Assembly (NCBI GenBank): GCA_963668715.1
Contig: OY764960.1
Location: 2,511,602 to 2,575,601, forward strand
Direction: 5' to 3'
Source of the DNA: Bacteroidales bacterium
Lineage (GTDB): Bacteria > Bacteroidota > Bacteroidia > Bacteroidales > VadinHA17
DNA: 64,000 nucleotides
Positions 36,793 to 47,469 of the stretch are shown in pieces (the stretch's first letter is position 1; each line of letters begins with the position of its first letter). The translations under genes were made by a program, and so were the position numbers. The notes beneath the pieces were generated by a model that was given only the letters and a program-made list of their open reading frames with translations, did not search any database and was not told where the DNA came from.

Positions 36793-39448
36793 AAATGAAT
36801 GTAAACCTCAATCCTGCCGATTTATAATTCAGATCTTCAAAACCTGCAAATATACCTACCTTACCAACAAGGAATATTTCACTCAGACTGTATCCCAACT
36901 CATAATAATGACCGGTAGAAGGGCTGTACAGGTAGGCAATGCTCAGATTCTCCCTCATAAGGCTGTTGCTTATAAGAGGTAGTAATTTTATAAGAAGATA
37001 AGGTGTGGTATACCTGAAATGAGCTTCTATATAATATTCGGGGGTAGCCATAGAATAGTAGTCGGGCAACATAAACACATCCTGATGGTTTCTTATCAGG
37101 AAAGGCAATGATTGCGTATTGAAATGGATAAAGTCCTGAAACTGGAGTTTGTCATTGTTCAGAAAACCTCCTGCCCTTACCCTCCATGAATATTCACTGA
37201 AGGCTCCGATCGATTTTGATTTATTGGCTTCAAACTGTATATGGTCAAAATGATTGACCATGTTGCCGGGGTTAATGTTTATCCCATGATCGTAATAGAT
37301 CTTAAAGGTAGGATAGTCAGATCCGGCCGAAGATTTTTTACCGTTATTGATCCTGTATTTTTGTTTTGGGATATATGATATTACTGCTGAAAACTGGTGA
37401 TGGATATGATCAGTCAGAAGATACGCAGCATTTTCGTCACCGGCAGCACCCAGATAATCATTAAGAGGGATGTTATCTGTATAATTTTTTTCTTTATGAA
37501 AGAATGAAAATTCTGTATTATTATTAAGCAACCTCCTGTCGTCGTAATTATATTCCCATTCGATATAGAATCCATTGAAATATTCGGTTCTCTGCCTTAA
37601 AGTAAAATACCTGCTATCGTATAATTTCATGTAGTTATTCTTGAAAAGCAGAGATGTTACCATGTTTATAAAGGGGCTTATTCCTGCAGAACTGGTGAAA
37701 TCCTTACTCCCTCTTCCTCCCCAGAATATAATTCTTGATTGCCTCATATGATCGTAGGTGATCAGCCCGCTTGTCTTCCAGTCAAGACTTTCCCTGGAGA
37801 AGTTCCATACCAGTTCGGGAGTAATATTAAATGTCATCCCTTTTCCCCTGGCAAATAAATAGTTAAAGTCAATGCCATATTTAAAACCATCTACCGGATT
37901 AAAACTAAAATGATCGGGGTCAATTAATCCTCCTGTCCTGAAACGGCTGTGTATCTTGTTTTTATGCCAGGTTTCTCCGAATAGTATATCATTTATAACA
38001 GACTTGAACTGACTCTTTGGCACCTTTCCCTGCCCTGTTGTATCTTTTGAAGAAGATGCTTCCCTGAGCCTTGTCTCCAGCCTCAGACTATCGCTTACTC
38101 TTACAGATTTTTTCTCTTCTTCGGAAAGAGGGATGGGACGGATTTCATTCCAGTACTCACTACTCTTCTTCCCTGCGTCGTCTTCCACGGTAGAGCTTGT
38201 GGTTTTCTTTATCTCAAGGTCTTCTTTACCTTCTTCTTTTTTATCAGTTTCTTTTTCCATCAGCCTGGACAGCTTTGACATATCCCTGTTACTTAATTCT
38301 TTTTTCTGCAGCAATTCTTCAATCTGCTGCTGTGTTTTTGTATTCTCGCGTTGTTCTTCAAGTAATAGCTGTCCGGCTGTGGGATTAAGATTCAGGTCTT
38401 CCGGTTTCGGCAGGTCATTATTCGGCTCGACACTGGTATAGGTAACAGCCGAACCGTATGTTCCGCCGGCGTCAATACCGATCGCTGTAACCTTTACGTC
38501 GAAGTTATGGCTTACAGGCATCCATATATCATCCTGGACAGGTGTATATACCTGTTTAATATTTATCGAGCCTGCAAGATTCTCGTTTGTCAGGTCCAGA
38601 CTATGGATACACCAGAGGTCCTCGATTATATAGATTGTACCTTCAAAAACCTGTTGGCTTTTCCTTCTCGGAATAACTTTTATCTTATTGACAATATAAG
38701 GACCCTGTGGTGTTGATCCTTCGTAGCTGAATTTGTAATAGGCCATTGCATTTGGGGACAGCGGGGATATTGCTATGTCTGCCAGAACCGGCTGATAAAA
38801 ACTGGCTCTTACCACATCCATGGGGGATATGTCTGACTGTCTGGTATCCGGAAATGTGCTCTGCTGGGCTATGACAGTCTGGTTATATATATCAGGTGCT
38901 TCAAACTCTATTTTATTCATTGACTCTATAAGATAACTGTCGCCTTCCCTGACCTCAATATCATTGGCTTTTATGTTTCGCGCCACAACCTTTGGGATCT
39001 TGTTAATAACCACACTGCCTTTTATATATATATCGGCTTCGTAATGTTTTATCCTGTTGAGGTGATACGATGCCATTCCAATAGCCTTTCTCATAATACC
39101 ATATGCAGGGTCTTCGCCGGTTGCCGTTACCCTTACTTCCGGTATCTGATAGTACTGGATACTCAGCCTGATATTAATTTCCTTATCTGATGTGCCCACT
39201 TCTACTATTTTTGTTTCAGGAGAGTATCCGAGACTCTGAAAGAATACGGTATACTTTCCGGGCTTTAATCTTATCTCATATTCCCCTTTGATATTTGCTG
39301 TTGTTCCATGCCTGAGTTCGTTAATGTATACTGTAGCGAAGCTTACAGGCTCGCCCTCCGTATTTGTTATTATACCTTTAATATTTTGAGCATTCGAACA
39401 GAAAGCTACAGAAAGGAAAGTATATATTATTATCAGTATTTTCTTCAT
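36785..39448 (-). CDS. DUF5686 / CarboxypepD_reg-like domain outer-membrane-associated protein
   Basis: 887 aa. Signal peptide, N-terminal CarboxypepD_reg-like fold (IKGIITNTEGEPVSFATVYI...GKYTVFFQSLGY), an internal E/K-rich linker, and a beta-rich C-terminus ending in F-x-F. Confidence 0.7.
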   Translation of the reverse strand: MKKILIIIYTFLSVAFCSNAQNIKGIITNTEGEPVSFATVYINELRHGTTANIKGEYEIRLKPGKYTVFFQSLGYSPETKIVEVGTSDKEINIRLSIQYYQIPEVRVTATGEDPAYGIMRKAIGMASYHLNRIKHYEADIYIKGSVVINKIPKVVARNIKANDIEVREGDSYLIESMNKIEFEAPDIYNQTVIAQQSTFPDTRQSDISPMDVVRASFYQPVLADIAISPLSPNAMAYYKFSYEGSTPQGPYIVNKIKVIPRRKSQQVFEGTIYIIEDLWCIHSLDLTNENLAGSINIKQVYTPVQDDIWMPVSHNFDVKVTAIGIDAGGTYGSAVTYTSVEPNNDLPKPEDLNLNPTAGQLLLEEQRENTKTQQQIEELLQKKELSNRDMSKLSRLMEKETDKKEEGKEDLEIKKTTSSTVEDDAGKKSSEYWNEIRPIPLSEEEKKSVRVSDSLRLETRLREASSSKDTTGQGKVPKSQFKSVINDILFGETWHKNKIHSRFRTGGLIDPDHFSFNPVDGFKYGIDFNYLFARGKGMTFNITPELVWNFSRESLDWKTSGLITYDHMRQSRIIFWGGRGSKDFTSSAGISPFINMVTSLLFKNNYMKLYDSRYFTLRQRTEYFNGFYIEWEYNYDDRRLLNNNTEFSFFHKEKNYTDNIPLNDYLGAAGDENAAYLLTDHIHHQFSAVISYIPKQKYRINNGKKSSAGSDYPTFKIYYDHGININPGNMVNHFDHIQFEANKSKSIGAFSEYSWRVRAGGFLNNDKLQFQDFIHFNTQSLPFLIRNHQDVFMLPDYYSMATPEYYIEAHFRYTTPYLLIKLLPLISNSLMRENLSIAYLYSPSTGHYYELGYSLSEIFLVGKVGIFAGFEDLNYKSAGLRFTFIFN

Positions 39449-39526
39449 AAGTCGTTTTTATATATAACGAATTAACAGCACAAAGTTTTCAGGAGACCAG
39501 GGTAAAAACATATTTTCCCCGGTTAT

Positions 39527-40207
39527 TCACCGTTTGTCGGTTTTACCTGCTACAATAACTACAAACTCTCCTTTAATATCCGTATTGTTAAGCTTTTCGG
39601 AAATCTCACCCAGGGTGCCCCTTATGTTTTCCTCATGTATCTTTGTCAGTTCCCTTGATACCGAGGCTTTCCTGTCGGTACCGAATGTTTCTGCCAACTG
39701 TTCAATAAGCTTGAGTATCCTGTAGGGAGATTCGTAAAAGATCATTGTCCTTACTTCATTTTCCAGGTCCCTTATCCTTTTCATCCTTCCTTTTTTATGA
39801 GGGAGGAAACCTTCGAAACAAAATCTGTCGCATGGAAGGCCTGAGTTTACAAGGGCGGGAATGAATGCTGTTGCCCCCGGTAAGGTCTCTATCTCAATAT
39901 TATTTTCTATACAGGTTCTGACGAGCAGGAATCCGGGGTCTGATATACCGGGAGTACCTGCGTCTGTGATCAATGCCACGTTTCTTCCCGATATGATTTG
40001 TTCGCATATTTTTATTGATTCTTTATGTTCGTTGAATTTATGGTATGAAGTAAGCGGAGTACTGATATTGTAATGCTTCAGCAGTATCCCTGATTTACGG
40101 GTATCTTCTGCAAGGATAAGACCGGCTTCCTTCAATAGCTCAATAGCTCTCAGGGTGATATCTTTCAGATTACCTACCGGGGTGGGAATGATGAATAATC
40201 TGCCCAT
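39527..40207 (-). CDS. rsmI: 16S rRNA (cytidine1402-2'-O)-methyltransferase
   Basis: MGRLFIIPTPVGNLKDITLRAIELLK...LAEDTR...ALITDAGTPGISDPG. The start is set at the ATG at 40207, 1 bp after the upstream gene's stop. Confidence 0.9.
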   Translation of the reverse strand: MGRLFIIPTPVGNLKDITLRAIELLKEAGLILAEDTRKSGILLKHYNISTPLTSYHKFNEHKESIKICEQIISGRNVALITDAGTPGISDPGFLLVRTCIENNIEIETLPGATAFIPALVNSGLPCDRFCFEGFLPHKKGRMKRIRDLENEVRTMIFYESPYRILKLIEQLAETFGTDRKASVSRELTKIHEENIRGTLGEISEKLNNTDIKGEFVVIVAGKTDKR

Positions 40208-40208
40208 A

Positions 40209-40937
40209 TTATTTTGCTGATAATTTTCTTTCGACCAGTTCAAGAAGCTGAAGCGCCGGTTCTGAACCTGACTGTTCAGGCGCTGCCTCCTTCAATATGT
40301 CAGCTGCCTCATCCTTGCTTGTAACTTCATTCAGCATCTGAACCGTCTGCCTGTACCTGCCCTCATCACCATCGAACAATTCTCTGATAAAGAAAAACCT
40401 GTCATTCACTCCTATGGATTTATTCAGATCGGTAACAGGCAGTGTGCGGGTTTTCCCTTCTGTTTTCTTGCTGTCTCCCACCTTTTCATTAATCCGGCCT
40501 GACAGGTGAGCAAACTTATCAGCCAGGATCTTATCACTTTTTTTTATTTCTTCATATGCCGGTCTTTTTTTCTCCTCTGAGATCTCTTCCCGTATCAGTT
40601 CGGCGGACTTCTGGCTTGATATTGTGTCACTTTCTTTGTCAGCAGGGTTTTCGGCTATCTCAATGCTTATATCAGCTTTTTCAGGTTCGTCAACAGTAAG
40701 ATCACTGACTTTAAGATTATCTTGTCTTACAGTCTTTTGCTCAATAATGATATTACTTATCAACCTGATCATATCTTCTGCGCTTTTGCATTTAGATCTG
40801 GCAAGTTCAATCTGTAGCTCAGGAAAATCCGGTTTGTTCCTGAGATCGTCAATCAGTTCTCCGGCCTCCTTAATATCATTCAGGATAATATTTAAAGCAG
40901 TTTTCAGATCCATTAAATTGATTTTATTTAAAGTCAT
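40209..40937 (-). CDS. Hypothetical acidic protein (conserved C-terminal IGVNDRFFFIRELF motif)
   Basis: 242-aa ORF tightly coupled to rsmI. No catalytic motif recognised. The C-terminal motif recalls a Bacteroidota-restricted hypothetical family. Confidence 0.5.
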   Translation of the reverse strand: MTLNKINLMDLKTALNIILNDIKEAGELIDDLRNKPDFPELQIELARSKCKSAEDMIRLISNIIIEQKTVRQDNLKVSDLTVDEPEKADISIEIAENPADKESDTISSQKSAELIREEISEEKKRPAYEEIKKSDKILADKFAHLSGRINEKVGDSKKTEGKTRTLPVTDLNKSIGVNDRFFFIRELFDGDEGRYRQTVQMLNEVTSKDEAADILKEAAPEQSGSEPALQLLELVERKLSAK

Positions 40938-41012
40938 TTTTCTTTACCTTGCAAAGGTAATTAATAATTATCTTGACAGAAATTATCCTGGTTTCTTAAA
41001 TATTTGTGTTAG

Positions 41013-41606
41013 ATGCATTTTCTTGAAAATTCTGTTGACCATATAAATAAACGGGGATCAATAGAGGTTATTGCGGGGTCGATGTTCTCAGGCAAGACAG
41101 AAGAGCTGATACGAAGACTTAAAAGGGCAAAGATTGCAGGCCTGAAAGTTGAAATATATAAACCTTCGGTCGACACACGATATTCAGATACTTTTGTTGT
41201 TTCGCATGATGAGCGTTCTATTACCTCAACGCCGGTTGATAATGCATCCATGATACTACTCCTTTCGGCAGGCGTTGATGTAGTTGGTATCGACGAGGCG
41301 CAATTCTTTGACGAAGGACTGGCAGATGTTTGTAATGAACTTGCAGACCGGGGCGTAAGGGTAATAGTAGCCGGTCTGGATATGGATTACAACAGGGAGC
41401 CGTTCGGTCCGGTGCCTGCTATAATGTCTGTAGCCGAATATGTTTCAAAAGTTCATGCCATTTGTGTTGAATGCGGTAACCTCGCGCAGTATTCATTCAG
41501 GATGACCGATAATAAATCGAGGGTACTCCTGGGAGAAAAGGATATTTATAAACCTCTTTGCAGGGATTGCTATAATAAATTCAGAGAACAGGAGGAAGAG
41601 AGTTGA
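41013..41606 (+). CDS. tdk: Thymidine kinase
   Basis: P-loop [17 protein letters not shown], and C-terminal zinc ribbon (CVECG...CRDC). Confidence 0.9.
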   Translation: MHFLENSVDHINKRGSIEVIAGSMFSGKTEELIRRLKRAKIAGLKVEIYKPSVDTRYSDTFVVSHDERSITSTPVDNASMILLLSAGVDVVGIDEAQFFDEGLADVCNELADRGVRVIVAGLDMDYNREPFGPVPAIMSVAEYVSKVHAICVECGNLAQYSFRMTDNKSRVLLGEKDIYKPLCRDCYNKFREQEEES

Positions 41607-44077
41607 AGACAGATCTCAGGAAAGTGGCCGAAATAGCCGGGTCGGAGCTGAAAGGTAATTCATCAATTGAGATAAAGGAATTACTGATTGACAGCAGGAA
41701 GATACCTAAATTTCCTGATGGTACGCTTTTTATTGCCCTTAACGGAGAAAAGAATGACGGGCATAATTATATCCCGGACATGTATGAATCGGGAGTGAGA
41801 GCTTTTATGGTGACAAAAGGTTGTTTCAGGGAGGCATATGAAAAGTTTCCCGGCGCCGGATTCGTTGTTACTGAAGACAGTCTGGCTGCATTACAAAAAA
41901 TTGCTGCCTGGAAAAGGGGGAATTTTAAGGGAAAAGTAATATCGGTTACCGGGAGTAACGGCAAAACTATAATAAAGGAATGGCTTTCCGATATACTCGG
42001 AAAACATGAAAGCCTGTACAGAAGCCCCGGTAGCTATAATTCACAGGTGGGAGTGCCGCTTTCGGTCTGGGGCCTTGAAAACAATTACAGTACGGCAATA
42101 ATAGAAGCCGGTATGTCAAGACCCGGAGAGATAAGCAGACTGGAGAAGATAATAAAGCCGGAGATTGGAATTTTTACTCATATCGGCGAAGCTCACCAGG
42201 AAAACTTTGACAGCATCAGCCGGAAAGTATGTGAAAAGCTGGAATTGTTCCGGGATTCGCAGGTTATTATATATCCTTCCGATGAAAAGGAAATTCACGA
42301 TAATATTATCAGGGATGAACATCTTTCCTGTAAACGGCTATTTACCTGGTCCCGTTATAATGAGAAAGCTGACGTTATTATTGATCATGATCCCGGGAAT
42401 GAAAAGGGCCGGCTTCTCAACATCGGCTTTGGTGATTTGAGATTCTCATGTATTATTCCTTTTATTGACAGGGCTTCGCTTGATAATATGTCAACAGTTA
42501 TAACTACCCTGCTGTACCTTGGACTTGATCCTGAGTCAATAGCTGATGGTATAAGAAACCTTGAACCGGTGGCCATGCGCATGGAGCAGAAGGAAGGTAT
42601 TAATAATTGTCTGCTCCTCGAAGATATATATAACTCCGACCCGGGTTCACTTAAGATAGCGCTCGATCATATTAAAGGGATCTCTGATAAGCGACTTACG
42701 CTAATTCTGTCCGACTTTATTCAAAGCAGCAGGAACCTTGAACAACTATACAAACAGGTAGCGGAGATCATAAGGAAGGCTGGTGTAAACAGGCTTATTG
42801 CCGTGGGACCGGGAATAAGCAGATACAGTGACTTTTTTAAACTGGCTGACAAAAAGTTTTATGCAGGCACGGAAGACTTCATAAATTCTTTTTCTTCTGA
42901 CGATTTCAGTAATGAAGCAATATTATTAAAAGGAGCCAGAATGTTCGGGTTCGAGCGTATCGGCAGGTTGCTGGAACTGAAAACACACCAGACACAGCTT
43001 GTGATAAACCTAAATAAGGTGCTTACAAATCTTAATACCTTCAGGACATACCTCGACAGGAACACAAGGATTATGGCTATGGTCAAAGCTTTTGCGTACG
43101 GAGCAGGCCCCATGGAGATATCCGAATGGCTTGCTTATAACGGGGTCGATTTTCTGGCAGTTGCATATCCTGACGAGGGCTTTAGTCTCAGGAAGAACGG
43201 GATTAACAAAAGGATAATGGTAATGAACCCCGACAGGTATGCCTTCGGTCAGATGATAGAGTATGATCTCGAACCTGAAATATACAGTCCCGATATACTT
43301 AATCATTTTATCACAGAAGCTAAAAAGTACGGACTGAATGATTATCCGGTACATATAAAGATCGATACCGGAATGCACAGACTCGGCTTTATGGAACAGG
43401 ATATTGATCAGATGGCTGCAGTACTGAATACAACAGCTCAGGTCGGGATTGCTTCTGTTTTTTCACACCTGGCTGCAGCATACGACCCTGCATTTGATGA
43501 GTTTACACATGAACAGGTCAGGACCTTTACAAGAATCTGCGACAGGATCGGAAAGTTAACAGGTAGTTCTTTTCTCAGGCATATATTAAATTCGGCGGGC
43601 ATAATAAGATTTCCGGAATACAGATTTGATATGGTGAGGCTGGGAATAGGACTGCATGGAGTCTCAGAAGTTGAAACAGATGGTTTAATGCCGGCCTCGT
43701 CCTTTTATACACATATCTCGCAGGTTAAAAGAATAGGAAAAGGGGAGGGCATAAGCTATGGTCTCATGGATGTATCTGATGAGGAAAGGAAGATTGCCAT
43801 ACTTCCCATCGGCTATGCTGACGGACTCAGAAGATCTATGGGTGCCGGCAGAGGCAGGGTTTATGCTGACGGTCATTTCCTGCCAATCACAGGAAATATC
43901 TGTATGGATATGTGCATGATTGATATAAGCGGCACTGACCTGAAAGCAGGGGATAAAGTTGAAATATTCGGGGATAATATAAGTATAAAAGAAATAGCAG
44001 AAATATGTGGTACAATACCCTATGAAATACTTACAGGAATACCCGCCAGGGTTAAAAGAATATTTCTGTATGAATAG
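41603..44077 (+). CDS. murF/alr: Bifunctional UDP-N-acetylmuramoyl-tripeptide--D-alanyl-D-alanine ligase (MurF) / alanine racemase (Alr)
   Basis: The N-terminal about 440 aa are a Mur ligase ([13 protein letters not shown]). The C-terminal about 370 aa are an alanine racemase (PLP-lysine motif [11 protein letters not shown]). The TTG start at 41603 overlaps the tdk stop. Confidence 0.9.
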   Translation: MKTDLRKVAEIAGSELKGNSSIEIKELLIDSRKIPKFPDGTLFIALNGEKNDGHNYIPDMYESGVRAFMVTKGCFREAYEKFPGAGFVVTEDSLAALQKIAAWKRGNFKGKVISVTGSNGKTIIKEWLSDILGKHESLYRSPGSYNSQVGVPLSVWGLENNYSTAIIEAGMSRPGEISRLEKIIKPEIGIFTHIGEAHQENFDSISRKVCEKLELFRDSQVIIYPSDEKEIHDNIIRDEHLSCKRLFTWSRYNEKADVIIDHDPGNEKGRLLNIGFGDLRFSCIIPFIDRASLDNMSTVITTLLYLGLDPESIADGIRNLEPVAMRMEQKEGINNCLLLEDIYNSDPGSLKIALDHIKGISDKRLTLILSDFIQSSRNLEQLYKQVAEIIRKAGVNRLIAVGPGISRYSDFFKLADKKFYAGTEDFINSFSSDDFSNEAILLKGARMFGFERIGRLLELKTHQTQLVINLNKVLTNLNTFRTYLDRNTRIMAMVKAFAYGAGPMEISEWLAYNGVDFLAVAYPDEGFSLRKNGINKRIMVMNPDRYAFGQMIEYDLEPEIYSPDILNHFITEAKKYGLNDYPVHIKIDTGMHRLGFMEQDIDQMAAVLNTTAQVGIASVFSHLAAAYDPAFDEFTHEQVRTFTRICDRIGKLTGSSFLRHILNSAGIIRFPEYRFDMVRLGIGLHGVSEVETDGLMPASSFYTHISQVKRIGKGEGISYGLMDVSDEERKIAILPIGYADGLRRSMGAGRGRVYADGHFLPITGNICMDMCMIDISGTDLKAGDKVEIFGDNISIKEIAEICGTIPYEILTGIPARVKRIFLYE

Positions 44078-44788
44078 CTAGCCCAGAGTACTTATTCTTT
44101 CAAGCTTTCTTGAATCGAGGATTTTAATTTTTCTTCCGTCAATTGCAATAACATTCTCGGAAGCAAAGGTTGAAAGTGTCCTGATAGCATTTGATGTTGT
44201 CATATTTGACAGATTGGCTATATCTTCCCTTGACAGGTATGCCTTTATTGTTTTACCGTCACTTTCATATCCATAGGTTTCTTTCAGAACGAGTAGCGAT
44301 TCGGCCAGCCTGCCTCTTATATGCTTCTGGGTCAGTGAAACAGTCCTGCTGTTTGAAAATCCCAGCTCCTGCGATAATATTTTTATTATTTTGATCGACA
44401 ACTCCTGACTTTCCTTAACCAGATTTAAAAACGAGTCTTTCTCAATAATACAAATCGTAGAGTCTTCAATTGCAATTGCCGAAGCAGAATATGGAGCCCC
44501 TGCAAGCAAAGCCCTGAAGCCTAGGAGGCCAGACGATTTTACCATCCTGAGTATTTGTTCGCGTCCGCCTACTCCTTCCTTGAATATCTTAACCTTACCG
44601 GTGGCAAGACTTATCAGTCCCGGTGGTTTTTCTCCTTCTTTAAAAATGATCTCACCTTTACGGTAATGAGCATACGAATGGTTTTGAACCAGTGTTTCCC
44701 TTTCGGAAAATTTGAGGCTCTTGAAAATCGAGCCCGGACTTTCAATGCAACTCTCGATGTATTGATTTTTGTATAGTGCTGTCTTCAT
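44078..44788 (-). CDS. Crp/Fnr family transcriptional regulator
   Basis: cNMP-binding beta-barrel (IFKEGEKPPGLISLATGKVKIFK...GREQIL) and a C-terminal HTH (REDIANLSNMTTSNAIRTLSTF). No N-terminal Cys cluster, so it is not a classical FNR. Confidence 0.85.
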   Translation of the reverse strand: MKTALYKNQYIESCIESPGSIFKSLKFSERETLVQNHSYAHYRKGEIIFKEGEKPPGLISLATGKVKIFKEGVGGREQILRMVKSSGLLGFRALLAGAPYSASAIAIEDSTICIIEKDSFLNLVKESQELSIKIIKILSQELGFSNSRTVSLTQKHIRGRLAESLLVLKETYGYESDGKTIKAYLSREDIANLSNMTTSNAIRTLSTFASENVIAIDGRKIKILDSRKLERISTLG

Positions 44789-44792
44789 TTAA

Positions 44793-44814
44793 GCATATGT
44801 TACATAACATATGC
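44793..44814. promoter_or_regulatory. Perfect 22-bp palindrome GCATATGTT-ACAT-AACATATGC (core ATGTT-N4-AACAT), candidate Crp/Fnr-family operator overlapping the regulator's own transcription start region
   Basis: The 9-bp arms are exact reverse complements. It lies 5-26 bp upstream of the Crp/Fnr ATG (44788) and shares base 44814 with the minus-strand -7 box. Confidence 0.5.
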
Positions 44815-44821
44815 AAAAATA
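44814..44821 (-). promoter_or_regulatory. Bacteroidota-type -7 promoter box (TATTTTTG = TAnnTTTG) for the Crp/Fnr gene
   Basis: The plus-strand CAAAAATA at 44814-44821 reads TATTTTTG on the minus strand, 26-33 nt upstream of the ATG. Confidence 0.5.
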
Positions 44822-44913
44822 ATAAAAGTAGGACACAAAAACTAAATTAACATTTTTTAACACATTCATTAACAGTATGTTGTAAAGTTCACGAATACAG
44901 AAATTTACTTATT

Positions 44914-44927
44914 ATGTTGTAAAACAT
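44914..44927. promoter_or_regulatory. Second ATGTT-N4-AACAT palindrome (ATGTTGTAAAACAT)
   Basis: Same 5-4-5 architecture, 126-139 bp upstream of the Crp/Fnr start codon. Confidence 0.4.
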
Positions 44928-45002
44928 GCATGCTTCAAAGGATATGATTCCTGTCATATTTTAGGTGCTTGTAAGCTTATTTGTAATTAGTCTAAATAAT
45001 GA

Positions 45003-46652
45003 TTAGTAATCTGCCACCAGCGGCATTCGTCTTCCCATACCGAAAGCCTTGCTTGATATTCTTAAAACAGGAGGGGACTGGTATCGTTTATATTCATTGT
45101 TATTGATAAGCTGGACTACTGAATTCACCAATCCGGAATTAATACCGGTACCTGTAATACCGGACAGGGGCTTTTGCAGTTCAATATACTGGTACAGTAT
45201 TGAATCGAGCACTTTGTAATCGGGCAGTGAATCGGAATCTTTCTGCCCCGGTCTGAGTTCAGCGGAAGGTTCTTTATTAATTATATTCACCGGAATAATT
45301 TCCTTTAGCCTGTTTATATAGCCTGCAAGCTTGTAGATATCTGTTTTATAAACATCGCCCAGTACGGATATGCTTCCTGCCATGTCTCCGTAAAGAGTTC
45401 CGTATCCCACGGCAGCTTCGCTTTTATTGGATGTATTAAGCAATATATTACCGAATTTATTCGATACGGCCATAAGAAAGAGGCTTCTCAGTCTGGCCTG
45501 TATGTTTTCCTCTGTCACATCTTCCGTCTTACCTGTCATAATTCCTGCCAGTGATTGCTTTATGGTATGATAAGCTTTTTCAATATTTACAATATCATAA
45601 CTGACTCCCAGGTTTTCACTTAGTTTTATTGCATCATCAACAGAATGACTGCTCGAGTACATTGAGGGCATAAGCAGTGCACGTACTCTTGAGGGGCCGA
45701 GAGCATCAGCTGCGATGCAGAGGCATACTGCTGAATCTATTCCCCCGGAAAGGCCAAGGACAGCATCACCGAAATTCATTTTGCTGAAATAATCACTGAT
45801 TCCCATTACCAGTCCGGAGTATATCATTTCTATACGGTTAGTATTTATTTCCGTATGGCAGGTCATATCTGCGATCTCTTCAAGCTTGTAGCTGGCAGTA
45901 TGTTCCCTGAACGAGGGGAACATACTTATAATATTACCACCGGGGCCTACAACCAGGGAGTTTCCTTCAAAGATAATGTCGGTATTTGCTCCGACCTGAT
46001 TTACCATTACCAAAGGTATCTTATATCTGGCTGCTTTACCTGTGAATATTTTTAACTTCTCCTCCATCCTGTTATGGGCAAAGGGAGAGGCAGAAATATT
46101 AACTATAAGATCTGGCTTTTGCCTGGCAAGTTCATCCATCGGCGATATTGAGTACATTTTTGAACTGCTGAATTCGTTTTCAAAACCCTGCTCGTCCCAC
46201 AGGTCTTCGCAAATTGTGACAGCCAGTCTTATACCGTCAAGATCAATTACCCTGAAATCGGTAGAGGGCTCAAAATACCTGTACTCATCAAAAATATCAT
46301 ATGTAGGAAGCAGACTCTTATATATGATATCGTGAACAATCCCGTTCCTGAGTATATACGCAGCATTGTACAGTTTTTTCCCGCTTGGGTTCCTGTTTAT
46401 TGCCGGGGCACCTATTATAGCCGTAATACCCCTGCATTCGGAAGCGATAAGATCGATATATTTATTGCATTTGTCTATGAAAGTGCTGTATTCAAGCAGG
46501 TCATGAGGAGGATAGCCTGTCAGCGAGAGCTCGGAGAACACTATCAGGTCCGACCTGTCTCTTTTTGCCCTGGAGATATTGTCCAGGATGATACTGCTGT
46601 TTTTTTCAAAATTGCCGATATGATAGTTTAATTGTGCAAGTGTAATCTTCAT
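45003..46652 (-). CDS. nadE: Glutamine-dependent NAD+ synthase
   Basis: N-terminal CN-hydrolase domain (MKITLAQLNYHIGNF...VFSELSLTGY...CEDLW). C-terminal PP-loop synthetase (LGLSGGIDSAV). Confidence 0.9.
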   Translation of the reverse strand: MKITLAQLNYHIGNFEKNSSIILDNISRAKRDRSDLIVFSELSLTGYPPHDLLEYSTFIDKCNKYIDLIASECRGITAIIGAPAINRNPSGKKLYNAAYILRNGIVHDIIYKSLLPTYDIFDEYRYFEPSTDFRVIDLDGIRLAVTICEDLWDEQGFENEFSSSKMYSISPMDELARQKPDLIVNISASPFAHNRMEEKLKIFTGKAARYKIPLVMVNQVGANTDIIFEGNSLVVGPGGNIISMFPSFREHTASYKLEEIADMTCHTEINTNRIEMIYSGLVMGISDYFSKMNFGDAVLGLSGGIDSAVCLCIAADALGPSRVRALLMPSMYSSSHSVDDAIKLSENLGVSYDIVNIEKAYHTIKQSLAGIMTGKTEDVTEENIQARLRSLFLMAVSNKFGNILLNTSNKSEAAVGYGTLYGDMAGSISVLGDVYKTDIYKLAGYINRLKEIIPVNIINKEPSAELRPGQKDSDSLPDYKVLDSILYQYIELQKPLSGITGTGINSGLVNSVVQLINNNEYKRYQSPPVLRISSKAFGMGRRMPLVADY

Positions 46653-46662
46653 TGCAGACTGC

Positions 46663-47358
46663 TTAAAAGTTTAATCCTAATCTGAATCTGACCATACGGT
46701 GCCTTACCTTATCCTCCGGTTGCCCCTCATAGTCTTTTGTAACATCCAGGAAGTTATCCTCATAAACCAGTCCGGCAACAATAGCAGTTGAGCCTCCGAG
46801 CGAATATTCCATCCCGGCAGCCACGAAATATCCTAGGTTGAATATTTTGAGTTCTTCAGTAATATTTTCGTTATCAATATTTTGTGAAGGGATATTGCAT
46901 TTGCCGCCAATCACTGCCTTTGGATTCATCCCTACGTTGGAGAAAAATGTCATATAACCGATCTGGTTGGTCTTCAGTTTTATACCAATGGGAACAGAGA
47001 GATATTGTATCCTGTATACTATATTCTCACCTGCATTCAGAACGGTTTCGGAATTCTTCAGCCTTATATCTATAGTATCTGCATAGTTTAACCTTCCCGA
47101 TGCATTTATGATATTTATACCGGTAGAGAATGCATAGTTTTTCGCGAAATATGTGTCAAAAGACAAGCCAAAGGCAAAACCGGGTCTTGCACCGTCATTT
47201 AAGGTAGATCTTGTATCAGAAGAGAACCAGCTTATAAGAGGCTCTGTATATAATCCCAGTTGAATATTCTGTGATGATAATGTATTGCTTAACAATGGCA
47301 AAAAAACAACTGTTGCGATCAGTCGTATAAATATTGTTTTATTTTTTATTTTGCTCAT
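46663..47358 (-). CDS. Outer-membrane beta-barrel (porin-like / OMP_b-brl type) protein
   Basis: Signal peptide, alternating beta-strand pattern, and C-terminal LGLNF. Confidence 0.65.
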   Translation of the reverse strand: MSKIKNKTIFIRLIATVVFLPLLSNTLSSQNIQLGLYTEPLISWFSSDTRSTLNDGARPGFAFGLSFDTYFAKNYAFSTGINIINASGRLNYADTIDIRLKNSETVLNAGENIVYRIQYLSVPIGIKLKTNQIGYMTFFSNVGMNPKAVIGGKCNIPSQNIDNENITEELKIFNLGYFVAAGMEYSLGGSTAIVAGLVYEDNFLDVTKDYEGQPEDKVRHRMVRFRLGLNF

Positions 47359-47469
47359 ATTATGATATTTGCTATTAAGGCAGATTATTATTAATAAAGC
47401 GAATTAAAAATTCAAATATACAATTATACAAATATATCAGTTTAGTCCCGTTTAAGTAAATATTTCATG

